Source: Bacillota bacterium | GTDB lineage: Bacteria; Bacillota; Sulfobacillia; RBS10-35; JAJYVN01 | Length of the DNA: 64,000 nt | Assembly: GCA_021797775.1 (NCBI GenBank) | Contig: JAJZZC010000001.1 | Coordinates: forward strand, 3,049-67,048 | Direction: 5' to 3' | In this document: positions 20,985 to 30,999 of the stretch, one piece after another | How positions within the stretch are numbered: the stretch's first letter is position 1 | Layout of the letters: every line of letters starts with the position of its first letter | The notes under the pieces: model-generated | Database searches by the model: none | What the model was told of the DNA's origin: nothing | The model's input: only the letters and a program-made list of their open reading frames with translations | Made by a program: the position numbers and the translations under genes

Positions 20985-21025
20985 GCCTGTGGCGCAAACG
21001 AATCGCCCAGAACAACGCGACCGTG
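20985..21025 (+). repeat. 41-bp direct repeat, copy 2
   Basis: GCCTGTGGCGCAAACGAATCGCCCAGAACAACGCGACCGTG. Confidence 0.75.
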
Positions 21026-21119
21026 AATGTACGACTGCTTCCCTCCCGTGTCGTACGGACGAAAACCGATGGTCGGGCGGCTTCGGCCGCGGAGCGCTGC
21101 TTTTTGGTACACATCGAGC

Positions 21120-21353
21120 AGGGCGGAGGAGGGTGTGCGAAAGCTGCGGGAGGCAGGGGCGGTCGTCGCCATCGTGTCCATCACGTGGCTGTTCGCGGTG
21201 GAGTGGTTTGCCGCGCGTCTGGGCGTTGCGCACTGCGCCGACACCAAGATGTTTGACAACGGCCGCATCGAACGCTCCGTCGCTCCGAACAAGCCGACAT
21301 GGGTATCCGGCGGTGTCACCGCACGCTGGACATACGCTGGCGGCACCGAGTAG
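21120..21353 (+). pseudogene. internal fragment of a HAD-family (phosphoserine phosphatase-like) hydrolase
   Basis: AEEGVRKLREAGAVVAIVSITWLFAVEWFAARLG (HAD motif II region); motif I and the GD motif are missing. Confidence 0.55.
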
Positions 21354-21993
21354 TGCGCCGCAGATCCGGGGCTTGCAGCCGGCCGCCCCGCGCCAGTTCC
21401 GCCCTTGTCAGGTGGAATCACAGCGCTCAGCATGGGACACCGTGCCGAGACGAGCCGAACCCCTCCCCTGCGAGCTGGCCGTCGCGCGTACCTCTGTGGT
21501 GGTTGCGGGCCTTGGTGGGCGGCGCCCCCGTCTCGCACCTCCCGGCCGATCAGCGCTCCCAACTCGGCGACCCACGCGCTCTCCTGTTCCCGTCGCTCCA
21601 CCGCTGCCCTAACGATTTCCGCCGCTGCGCATGACCAGCCACACCAGCCGTCCCCGCCCCGCCCAGGCCGCGAGCGCTTCCCTTCGGCCCTCCGCACCCT
21701 TTGCTCGCCTCTGCCCATCGCCCCGTTCCCACGGCCCTCGGATCGTCCCTCGGAGCCGGCCCTCGGCGACGCCAAGGGCACTTCGCGGTGTCGCCCCTCA
21801 TGGTCCCGCAGCGGCGGGCGCAACCACCCGCCGCCGACCGGGTCGCCGATCCCGCTCCCGGCCGTACCGGTCCCGGATCTTTGCCGAACGGTGCCGCGAG
21901 AGGGGGGCCGACGCGGCGCCCCGCCGGGCTCCCCCTCTCGCGCGCGCGGGCCGTGTCGCTACCCCCGCGGTCCGCTCGCGCCGCCGACCAGGG

Positions 21994-23121
21994 TCAGGGC
22001 TGTACGATCTGCTCCCCCGCCGTCAGCCCGCTCAGGACAGCCGTGGTGGAGTTGCCCTGCAGGCCGGTGGTCACCTGGACCTGGGTCACCACGCCCTTCT
22101 TGAGGACCTCGACGTAGTCCTGACCGTTGAGCTGCCGCACCACGTCGCTCGGCACGTAGAGCACATTCCGGGCCTGCCCGAGCACGATCAGCCCGCTGAA
22201 CGGCTCGCCGAGGGTGAGGGTGTGCCTGGGCCCGTTGAGCGCCACCGTCACGGTCGGGGTGGGCACCACATTGCCGTTGGTGCTCTGCTCGACCTGTAGC
22301 ACGGCAGCCTGTGAGGGCACGTATAGCGAGGCGACGTGCCCGCTGACGCGCTGGCCGCTGACGCCGTTGAGCGTCACCTCCACAGCCTGCCCCTTGTGCA
22401 ACTCGGAGGCGGTGGTATTGCCGATGTCGGCGATCAGCGCCTGGCTGTATGGGTCACTGAGCGTCATCACCGGCTGGAAGGCGATGATCTGGTCGCCCAG
22501 CGAGTTCGCGATCTGGCTGATCTGCCCCGAGAAGGGCGCGACGATCTGGTTCTGGTCATAGGAGGCGACCAGCGTCGCCAGGTTCTGTTCGTCATGGTGC
22601 AGCGCGAGATCCGCCCGCGCCAAGGCCAGGGACTGCTGCTGCGCCTGCGCCGCGTCCGTGGGCGGAGCCGACTGATCCTGGAGTTGGACAGACTGGATAT
22701 TCATCTTGTCCTGCTGCACGGCGTACTGGGCCGCCTGCACCTGGTAGATCAGCCCGCCGCTGTCAAGCGTGGCCAATACCTGGCCCTTTTTCACCATTTC
22801 CCCGTCATGCACAGACAGCGTGGCCAAGCGGCCGCTGATGGGGAAGTAGAGCTGGGCGACGTGCGTAGAGTTCACCTGACCCGCGATCTGGATCGACGAG
22901 GCGACGGCACCCCGCTGCACCGTGATCGTCGGGGGCGGCGGCTGCGGCGGGATCTTCAGGCTGAGCTGCCCGAGCGACACCGGCTCGCTGGGGAGCAGGC
23001 CGCACCCGCCGGCCGCCAGCATGGCAAGCAGCAGCACGGCCCCTCCGAGCACGGCACGGCGCGCACCACCCACTGGGTGGAGCGCCTGAGGCGGGTCATC
23101 GGGCCTAGGCCCGGCCGTCAT
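21994..23121 (-). CDS. efflux RND/ABC periplasmic adaptor subunit (HlyD/MacA-like), probable lipoprotein
   Basis: AAGGC lipobox-like motif, GEMVKKGQVLATLD, IVAPFSG, VLYVPSDVV, VLSGLTAGEQIV. Confidence 0.9.
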   Translation of the reverse strand: MTAGPRPDDPPQALHPVGGARRAVLGGAVLLLAMLAAGGCGLLPSEPVSLGQLSLKIPPQPPPPTITVQRGAVASSIQIAGQVNSTHVAQLYFPISGRLATLSVHDGEMVKKGQVLATLDSGGLIYQVQAAQYAVQQDKMNIQSVQLQDQSAPPTDAAQAQQQSLALARADLALHHDEQNLATLVASYDQNQIVAPFSGQISQIANSLGDQIIAFQPVMTLSDPYSQALIADIGNTTASELHKGQAVEVTLNGVSGQRVSGHVASLYVPSQAAVLQVEQSTNGNVVPTPTVTVALNGPRHTLTLGEPFSGLIVLGQARNVLYVPSDVVRQLNGQDYVEVLKKGVVTQVQVTTGLQGNSTTAVLSGLTAGEQIVQP

Positions 23122-23562
23122 CGCTTCGCGGCGCGGCCATCTGCACTCCCGGCTTCTGCCGTGGGCCAAGCCGCGCCTTCCTCCCTCCCTGTGTGATACG
23201 ACGCAAACCCACCTTGGTAACCACCCGTGAGGCGCCGGCACCGGGGTGAGCGTCAGGGCAGAAACCCCTCGCGGCATGCGCGGCGGGCACGCACCCTCCA
23301 CAGGCAGCGACTCGCCGGAAACCGTTTTGGGCACAGGCGCACATCCCTTGCCAGCCGGACTGTGCGTTCTGGCCGCGGACCCACGCCAGTTGGCCCGTTG
23401 GGCACGAGCCGGTAGCCGCGAACCCGCGTCCTCAGCCGCCGGATCCAGAGGTCCCCGCGCTCAGCGCACACCCTGGGGGCGCTCGCTACAAGAGCGATAC
23501 GCCACACCCCCACCCGATTCCCCCAGGGGGGGCCCCCCGGTTCGCAGAAACGCCTGGGGGCT

Positions 23563-23737
23563 TCACGCGCCGCGCTGCGCTTGCCGGGCATACCCCGCCG
23601 CCGCGAGGACGGCGGCGCGCATACCCCGCGGGTCCGCCCGGCCGGCCTCGGCGATATCGAACGCGGTGCCGTGGTCCGGGGATGTGCGCACGATGGGCAA
23701 GCCCAGGGTGACGTTCACCCGCGCCCGCTGTGGCCAT
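23563..23737 (-). pseudogene. pdxA: pdxA-family dehydrogenase remnant
   Basis: 23718-23563 translates [37 protein letters not shown]...*, the PdxA C-terminal signature. An out-of-frame GGAGG plus ATG at 23737 lies just upstream. Confidence 0.85.
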
Positions 23738-23856
23738 CCGCCACCTCCGCGCCGCCATGGTGCCCAGGCTCAAACACAGCCTGCGCCTCACCCCCGACGA
23801 CCCACGCCCGTCGGTGGGCAGGGCGGTGCCCGCAGACGGGCTACGCCCCCGCCGCG

Positions 23857-24666
23857 CTACAGGGCGAAGACGCGGCGCAGATATTGGCGGCTCATCTTCA
23901 GGTCATCCACGGTGCGGCGCGTCAGCTTGGTCGCCGCCTCATACGTCGGCTCCCAGACGACGCGCACGTCCTGCTTCAGGGGCCGCACGACCTTGTCGAT
24001 TGGCCGGTAGTCGATGTCGCCCTCACCGAAGTCCTCTAGCCACACCCCGCCCCGCATCTGCCGGACGTGCAACGTACGCAGCCGCTCCTTAAACTCCCCG
24101 AGCAACGCGGGCGCGTCGACGCCGGCCCGAACCAGCCATGCGGCGTCGGCGCACAACCCCACGTTCTGCGCCGTCGTATGAGCCAACAGGAAGCGTAGCT
24201 CGCGCGCGCCGTCCCGGCTCAGCGCCTCGTCGTTATGCAGCCCGAGATAGACGCCGCGACGGCCCAGGCCGGCGCCCAGTTCCTCGATCTTGCCGGCCAG
24301 CTTGGTCAGCTGCTCCTCGCTGCGCGGGCCGGCCGCCGGAGCCGGGGTGAAGCTCACGCCCATAAACTGGATATCACGGGCCTTGGCGCGCTGGGCGCAG
24401 GCGCCGATGTTCAGCAGATCCTTGGCCGCGCTTTGCTCGCTCAATTCGGCCTGCTGCCAGGCCGTCCACATCTGTTGGTTGTCCACCCGCAGGGCGGCGG
24501 AAAACGCCTCCGCGGTCTGATTCGTCGCAAAGTACTTGTCTAGGCAACCCTCCACGGCGGTGAACTGACCGACGGACATCTCCGCCAGGCAGGCCCGCAT
24601 GTCGGTGTCGCGCCCCTGCTGCTGGTACAGGACCAAGGAAACCGCCAGCCCGCGGTACAACGGCAC
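23857..24666 (-). CDS. sugar phosphate isomerase/epimerase (xylose isomerase-like TIM barrel)
   Basis: LGLHND, VGLCADAAW, LHVRQ, FGEGDIDY, VVWE motifs; start GTG 24666 after GAGAGGGG. Confidence 0.85.
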   Translation of the reverse strand: MPLYRGLAVSLVLYQQQGRDTDMRACLAEMSVGQFTAVEGCLDKYFATNQTAEAFSAALRVDNQQMWTAWQQAELSEQSAAKDLLNIGACAQRAKARDIQFMGVSFTPAPAAGPRSEEQLTKLAGKIEELGAGLGRRGVYLGLHNDEALSRDGARELRFLLAHTTAQNVGLCADAAWLVRAGVDAPALLGEFKERLRTLHVRQMRGGVWLEDFGEGDIDYRPIDKVVRPLKQDVRVVWEPTYEAATKLTRRTVDDLKMSRQYLRRVFAL

Positions 24667-25747
24667 CCTACCCCTCTCGTGCTTGCACCCGTCGTCGAGC
24701 AGGGCGGTGGGTCGCGCCCGCCCCGCCCACCCGCAAGCGGAGACTTCGCCGTCAGAGGTCGGGCGGACCTTCCTGTCGCGCGGAACGAGGAGCGGGATGT
24801 TCGGGGACGAGGCCCGTCGGCGGCCGGCAGACCGTGCGGCGGAAGCCCTCGGCGCGCGCCCCCCGGAGAAGAGCACCTGCGGTCTTTGCCGCGTCACGGG
24901 GCCTTGGTCTGGTGGTGATGGCGCGCCAGCCGGCACCGAGCCACTGTGGGTGCACGCGTTCTGACGGCGCGCGGCGAACCCCGCCGTCCCGGCGCGCGGG
25001 ACGGCGGCCGTGCAGCGCGTGAGGACGGATCCGACCGCGCACCGCCGCGGCGCGCCCCGCGGCGAAGAGTGGCCCCTGTGTCTCTCACCGCCGTCCACGG
25101 GGTGAGCCCACGGCTCGGCGACGCCGGGGGACGGGCTCCCGTTGCCGGGCCCGGCCGGGCCCGGGGCGCTGGACCGAGCGCTCGCGGCCACAAGCTCGCG
25201 CCGCCTCCCCCGGTGGCCGTCGGGGGACATCCAGTGCCCGCCACCACCCTCACGGGGCGCGGGGTGGGGCGCCGCGACGGCGCGGGTACCCGAGGGGCCG
25301 TAACCGGCCCCTGTGGGCCGGAAGGAGGTGCCGGCGGTCGCGCGAAGACCCGATCGATCCGCGGCGCAGCCGCACAGGTGGGGGGATCCGGGGTGGCTGC
25401 GCGCCAGCCCGCGCGGTTGCGCCGCGGGCCAAGCCACCGTTACCATACGTCGGAAGGGCGCGAATGGCGGCGGCTGCCCCGGGGAGGGTGCCGGCAAAGC
25501 CCGGTGCGGAGCGGATCGGTCGTGCTCCGCGCTGGGCGGGACCATCAAGGCTGGCCGTCTGCCACCCATGGCAAGTGGTGTGGCTACGCCCCCCGGCTGC
25601 AGGGCAAGCATTGTTGCTGAAGCGCCTGTCCTGTGGTACCTCTTTGGGTGCGGACGGAACCTGCGAAACCTGCGGCGGGCCCTCTGCGGTGCCTGCCCCG
25701 AGGGCGGTGTGCCGGTGGTCGTAGCCCACAGCGCTTCCGGGCTCTCC

Positions 25748-26575
25748 ATGCTCCACGCCGTCATCCTCAGCGCGCTGCAGGGCTTCACCGAGCTATTTCC
25801 CTTCTCCAGTCTCGGGGTGCAGGTCATCGTGCCCCGGCTGCTGCACTGGAACTTCATCCAGTCCAGCCCGCAGTTCCTCCCCTTCGTCGTCAGCCTGCAC
25901 GTCGGCACGGCCCTCGGCCTCCTCCTCTATTTCTGGCGTGACTGGCTCCGGCTCATCCGCGCCTGGTGGGACAGCCTGCGGGACGAGCTGGCCTCGGTGC
26001 GGCGCGTGCCCGAGCAGAAGACCATCTGGCTGCTCATCGTGGCGACGATCCCGGCGGGGCTCGTCGGCTTGGCCTTCCGCCATCCCCTGGCGCGCCTGTT
26101 CGCCGCGCCGCTGGCCGCAGCGGTCATGCTCATCGTCAACGGCGCGATCATGGCTTTGGGCGAGCGCATGGTGCGGCACCGTGAAGAGGACATTGCGGGC
26201 ATGGGCTTCGGCCAGGCGGTGGGCATCGGTGTCTCGCAGGTGCTGGCCCTGGTGCCCGGGCTCTCCCGCTCCGGCGTAACCATGGTCGGCGGCCTCTCGG
26301 TGGGTCTCAGCTATGAGACCGCCGCCCGCTTCTCGTTCCTCATGGCCACCCCCATCATCCTCGCGGCCGGCGCGCTGGAGGTGAAGCACCTCCACGGGGG
26401 GGCCCACGGCCTGCTGCACCAAGCCGCCGTCGGCTTCGTGGTCGCGGCTGTCGTCGCCTACCTATCGGTCCGCTACCTCATGCGCTACTTCCAGACCCAG
26501 CGCCTGCTGCCGCTGGCGATCATCAGTGCGGCCGCGGGCGTGCTGTTTACCGCCCTCCTCCTCGCGGGGGTGTAG
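25748..26575 (+). CDS. uppP: undecaprenyl-diphosphate phosphatase
   Basis: LQGFTELFPFSSLG, LHVGT, ATIPAG, PGLSRSG, ARFSFLM. Alternative start GTG 25709. Confidence 0.93.
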   Translation: MLHAVILSALQGFTELFPFSSLGVQVIVPRLLHWNFIQSSPQFLPFVVSLHVGTALGLLLYFWRDWLRLIRAWWDSLRDELASVRRVPEQKTIWLLIVATIPAGLVGLAFRHPLARLFAAPLAAAVMLIVNGAIMALGERMVRHREEDIAGMGFGQAVGIGVSQVLALVPGLSRSGVTMVGGLSVGLSYETAARFSFLMATPIILAAGALEVKHLHGGAHGLLHQAAVGFVVAAVVAYLSVRYLMRYFQTQRLLPLAIISAAAGVLFTALLLAGV

Positions 26576-26912
26576 GCGGGTCGCCCGCTTGTGGCGCGTG
26601 GCCAACCACCGTCGCAGCGCCGTGGCGGGGATGGGCCTCCTGCCCACCTCGCCACGGCGGGGTCCACGGTTGCTTGTCGCCGGTCTGCTACAATGCCGGT
26701 GACGGCTGTGGTCACACTTGGCCCGCCTGCCGGCAGGGGATCAGGCGGAGCACGGCGACCGTCCAGGGCGTCGCGGGCGGGCGCCTGTGCGGCCAGCTTG
26801 CGGGTCGGGAACACGCAGAGGCGGCCCGGGACGGTCCCGTGATGCCCGTAGCCCCGGCTTGCGGCCCGGATGAGCACCAAGGCCGCCCGGAGGGCGACCC
26901 CGTAAGGAGCGG

Positions 26913-27935
26913 ATGGACGTGCGCTACCGGGTCCTGGCCGGGACCAGCCTCCGCGTATCGGAGATCGGCTTCGGGGTCTGGTCCGTCGCCACCACCTGGT
27001 GGGGCGTGCGGGATCCTGGCCTCGCCCGCGATCTGCTCAGCGAGGCGCTGGACCTGGGAATCACCTTCTTCGACACCGCTGACGTGTATGGGGAAGGCAT
27101 GGGAGAAACACTGCTCGGAGAGGTGTTTCGCGGGCGGCGTGACCGCGTGGTCATTGCCACCAAGTTCGGCTACGACGTCGACCACCACCCCGGCCCGCGC
27201 ACCGGCCACCGCGAGTTGCCTCAGGACTGGTCCCCGGCGCACCTGCGCCGCGCCTTGGAGGCCAGTCTACGCCGCCTCGGCACCGACTACGTCGACCTCT
27301 ACCAGTTGCATAACCCCCGGATCGAGGCCATCGCCGACGCAGGCCTGTGGGACGAGATCGACCGCCTCCGGGCCGAGGGTAAGATCCGCGCGGCGGGGGT
27401 GGCCCTGGGACCGGACGTCGGCTGGAGGGAGGAGGGCCTGGCCGCGCTGGGCGGCGGGCGCGCGCACATGGCGCAGATCATCTATAACGCGATCGAGCGC
27501 GAGCCAGCCCTGGACTTCATCGACGCCGCGCGCGCGACCGGCCGCGGTCTGGTGGCGCGCGTTCCCCACGCCTCCGGCCTGCTCGACGGCTCCTACGACC
27601 CCGTGGCTCACTTCGATCGCTCCGACCACCGCAGCCACCGGCCCCGGGCCTGGATGCAGGCCGGGCTGCGCGTCCGCGAGCGGATGCCGCTGGCGCCGGG
27701 GCGCACGCTAGGACAGACCGCCCTGCTGTTCTGCCTGGCGCCAGGCGAGATCGCCAGCGTCCTGCCCAACATCACGAACAGGGACAACCTGCGCGAGTTC
27801 GCGACCACAGGCGACCTGCCGGCGCTGGACGCCGAGGAGATGCAGGTCCTGAACCAGGTCTGGCGCGACACGCGCGCGGACCTGGCCCAGCCGTGGTCAG
27901 ACAGCCGGAGCAAGCCGACCCCCGTCGCGAGGTAG
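26913..27935 (+). CDS. aldo/keto reductase
   Basis: VSEIGFG, FFDTADVYG, IATKFG, SLRRLGTDYVDLYQLHNP. Confidence 0.95.
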   Translation: MDVRYRVLAGTSLRVSEIGFGVWSVATTWWGVRDPGLARDLLSEALDLGITFFDTADVYGEGMGETLLGEVFRGRRDRVVIATKFGYDVDHHPGPRTGHRELPQDWSPAHLRRALEASLRRLGTDYVDLYQLHNPRIEAIADAGLWDEIDRLRAEGKIRAAGVALGPDVGWREEGLAALGGGRAHMAQIIYNAIEREPALDFIDAARATGRGLVARVPHASGLLDGSYDPVAHFDRSDHRSHRPRAWMQAGLRVRERMPLAPGRTLGQTALLFCLAPGEIASVLPNITNRDNLREFATTGDLPALDAEEMQVLNQVWRDTRADLAQPWSDSRSKPTPVAR

Positions 27936-27960
27936 GCGGGGCGGGCAGATCGGAAGGGGT

Positions 27961-28332
27961 GTGCTTACCGTGGCGGCCGCCCGTCTGGTCCGCTGCCGCC
28001 GTTGCCGCCGCATGTTCATCGCCGCAGGGCGCGAACGGCTGTGCCCGGAATGCGCCCGCGAGACGGGGATGCCGCAGGGCGCCGGTTGGCGCCGCAGCGG
28101 TCGGGCCGGCGGCCTGCGCGCATCCCGTCCGGTCGTGGCGCCCTGGGGTCGCGGGGCGCAGTGGGGACGGCCCTGGCGCGGGCCCTCGTCCACGTGGCGA
28201 CCGCTGGCGATGGCCTGCGGGGGGGCGATCGTGGCCGGCCTGCTGCTGGGGGTGCTGAACCCGAACTGGGTGCACACCGCCACCTGGGCCGGCTTTGCCG
28301 GCGGCATGTACTTGGCGGACAAGCCCTACTGA
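27961..28332 (+). CDS. zinc-ribbon plus C-terminal membrane protein
   Basis: CRRCRRMF...LCPEC N-terminus, C-terminal hydrophobic helices, GGAAGGGG RBS. Confidence 0.6.
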   Translation: MLTVAAARLVRCRRCRRMFIAAGRERLCPECARETGMPQGAGWRRSGRAGGLRASRPVVAPWGRGAQWGRPWRGPSSTWRPLAMACGGAIVAGLLLGVLNPNWVHTATWAGFAGGMYLADKPY

Positions 28333-29591
28333 TCCCCGCCCGCAGGCGCGGCCTCCGACTCGGCGCGGTGAGCACGCACCGCCACTTCGGCCTCGCCGTC
28401 GCAGGCGCGAATGAAGTTCTTATACACCTGTTGCAACTCCCACACGATGCCGCCCGGACCCAGGGCCCACCACTCGCGCGGGGTGAAGTACGCCGAGACC
28501 TGGGCCTGGTCATCGCTGCGGCCGAACCACTGCGTGAGGTGTAGCACGTCGGACTGGGTCAGTTGGACCGCCAGTGCCTCCAACCGGGGGTCACCCGTCA
28601 GCAGCGCCTTGTTGTAGGCGTGGTGCATCAGCTGGAAGAGGGCCTGCTGCACCGGGTTGCCGAGGAAGAAGCCCATGCCGCCGTCCCCCGCCCAGGTCGA
28701 GGAGAAGGCCGGCAGCGGCAGTTCGTGCGCCCGCTGCCGGTAGCGGGCGATGGCCTCGCTGGCCGTGAGGCAGCCGACGCCCCGTCGTGCCAGTTCGCCC
28801 GGTAGCGCATCGAGGAACTGGAAAATGCCGCTATCGGCCCAGTGATGCTCGCCGAACGTCTCGAAGTCCCAGCCAACGAACACCAGGTCCCCTACGGCCG
28901 CTGCGATCCACTCCGCGTAACGGGGGGCCATCAGGGGGAACCCGCTCCACGAGCGGTCGGAGAACCGGTAGCCGACGTCGTCACTCAGGTCGGTGTGCCG
29001 ACAGAGCAGGTGCAGGTCCAGGAGGTGCCGGTAGAGGTGGGTGCTCCGCCGCCAGTCCATGACCCAGGGACGGCCGTCCATCAACCCGCCGTCGAAGCCG
29101 GCCTCGGCCAGGGCGAAGTAGAGATCGTTGCTCATACACATCTCGGTGGTGTCCGACACGCGCACGGGCACGCCAAACTCCCGCTCCAGGCGCGCGCGCT
29201 GGGCACGCATCTCACGCACGAAGCGCCGGATGTCCAGGTAGAACAGGAAGCTGTGCTCGGGCTCGACCCCGATTAGCTCCACCCCGGGCTCGCGCACCAA
29301 CGCCCGGAACGCCTCCAGCAGGGGCGGGTCCCACGCGGCCATCTGTTCGAGGGCCGAACCGGAGAAGCCGATGCAGAGGCGGAACCCCCGGCGCACCAAC
29401 CGCTGGAAGGCGGCGCACGCGGGCCGGTAGCAGCGGTCGGCCACGCGTTGGAAGTAGCGCTGATCCATCGCCCGGTCGAACAGGCAACGGGCGATGTCCT
29501 CGGGGCTTGCGCCCTCAGGAATGGGCTGGGCAGGCAGCTTCAGGCGGTGGGGCTGGTGCACGATGGTATAGACGACCAGACTCTCGGCCAC
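28326..29591 (-). CDS. glycoside hydrolase family 57 (alpha-amylase-like)
   Basis: VHQPHRL, RVADRCYRP, LSDDVGYRFS, DFETFGEHH; start GTG after GGGAGG. Confidence 0.92.
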   Translation of the reverse strand: MAESLVVYTIVHQPHRLKLPAQPIPEGASPEDIARCLFDRAMDQRYFQRVADRCYRPACAAFQRLVRRGFRLCIGFSGSALEQMAAWDPPLLEAFRALVREPGVELIGVEPEHSFLFYLDIRRFVREMRAQRARLEREFGVPVRVSDTTEMCMSNDLYFALAEAGFDGGLMDGRPWVMDWRRSTHLYRHLLDLHLLCRHTDLSDDVGYRFSDRSWSGFPLMAPRYAEWIAAAVGDLVFVGWDFETFGEHHWADSGIFQFLDALPGELARRGVGCLTASEAIARYRQRAHELPLPAFSSTWAGDGGMGFFLGNPVQQALFQLMHHAYNKALLTGDPRLEALAVQLTQSDVLHLTQWFGRSDDQAQVSAYFTPREWWALGPGGIVWELQQVYKNFIRACDGEAEVAVRAHRAESEAAPAGGDQ

Positions 29592-29712
29592 GGCGTGCCA
29601 CCTCCCGCTGGACGGTGCGGACGGGGGCGACCCGGCGCGCCGCCCAGCGGACGGCCCGGACCGTCCCATCCACCTTCTGGACCCACTCGTTCGGGGACCA
29701 CGCGCCGCGGCA

Positions 29713-30999
29713 TCAGCGCAGAGCGGCCCCGGCCAGATAGTCGAGGCGGTGGAAAAGGACCTCCAGCACGGCGGGCCAGGTGTACTCCCTCGCGGTGGCG
29801 GCGGCGCCCCCCCGGATGCGGACGGCCCACTCCGGCTGATCGGCCAGTTGTCGCCAGTAGCCGGCGATCTCACCGGGGTCGTCCGTCTCCAGCACGATCG
29901 CGTTGCGCAGGGGCCGGGCATAGTCCTCGCCGGTGGAGCCCGTGAACACGAGAGCCCCAGCCGCCATGGCCTCCAGTCCGACAAGGCCGAACGGCTCCAT
30001 ACCGCTGTTGGCCAGCACGGCGTCGCCCGCGGCATACAGGCTCTGCAACAGCCGCGCGGACAGAAAGCCACGCAGGTTGACGACGTCCGCGTCGGTGGCG
30101 CGCAGGGCATCGGCCAGCGCCGTTGCGCCGGCATCGGCCGGCAGTGCCACGTCGCGCACCCGCAGGCCGAGTGCGCCGGCCAACGCAAGCACTTCGGCCT
30201 GATGGGGCTCGATCCCCCCTTTGGCCAGCAGCCGCGCAGGCACGCCCGCAGCCCGCAGGTGCGCCACGGCGCGGACCGCCATCAGCCAGCGCTTGTCCGG
30301 GTCCCAGCGGGCGATCTTGACAAAGACGGGCCCGCTCCCCGCCTCGCGCAGCGCCGCCCGCAGCATCTCGACGTCTGCCCGCGCCAGCGGCGCGACCAGC
30401 TCCGCCGGGATCCCGTTGGCGATGACCAGTGGATTGCAGCCGATGCCCCACATGTGGTGCTTCATGTAGCGGCTGACCGTCGTCAGGTTGGCGACGAAGC
30501 CGAGGCGCCCCCAGTTGATGCGCTCAAAGCCCATGGGGTTGTTGGCGTTCCAAACGAAGGTCGCCTGCGCGCGCAGGCCCTCGACGTGCAGCGCGTCCGA
30601 GCAGCGGCACAGGGCCTCGGCCGTGTGCCAGTCCTCGCCGAGCACGAACAGTCTACGGCCCGCCGCCGCCGCCGGTCGCGCCACGTGGGCCGCTAGGTGC
30701 GCGGGCACCGACTCGTTGTAGTCGAAGAGCTTGGCCTCTTCCCCCTGGTACACACCCTGGGGGTAGTAGCGGCTGATCCACTGCGACCACCGATGCAACA
30801 CCAACCTGCCATCGACTCGGCGCTCCTCCCCGGGGGCATCCGGGTCCCCCACGAAGTAGAGGTGCGTCTCCGCACCGGCACTGGCGAGCGCGGCGGTCAG
30901 ACCACTCACCCGTGACCCCAGTCCACCGGCAAGCGCGTACCGGTCAGGGCCTTCGAAGCAGAGCACGGCGAACACGGCATCCTGCGGCCGAAGGCCCAC
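29713..30999 (-). CDS. glycosyltransferase family 4 (glycogen-synthase-like)
   Basis: AGGLG, EDWHT, ARWDPDK, EPFGLVGLEAMAAG. Confidence 0.92.
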   Translation of the reverse strand: MGLRPQDAVFAVLCFEGPDRYALAGGLGSRVSGLTAALASAGAETHLYFVGDPDAPGEERRVDGRLVLHRWSQWISRYYPQGVYQGEEAKLFDYNESVPAHLAAHVARPAAAAGRRLFVLGEDWHTAEALCRCSDALHVEGLRAQATFVWNANNPMGFERINWGRLGFVANLTTVSRYMKHHMWGIGCNPLVIANGIPAELVAPLARADVEMLRAALREAGSGPVFVKIARWDPDKRWLMAVRAVAHLRAAGVPARLLAKGGIEPHQAEVLALAGALGLRVRDVALPADAGATALADALRATDADVVNLRGFLSARLLQSLYAAGDAVLANSGMEPFGLVGLEAMAAGALVFTGSTGEDYARPLRNAIVLETDDPGEIAGYWRQLADQPEWAVRIRGGAAATAREYTWPAVLEVLFHRLDYLAGAALR

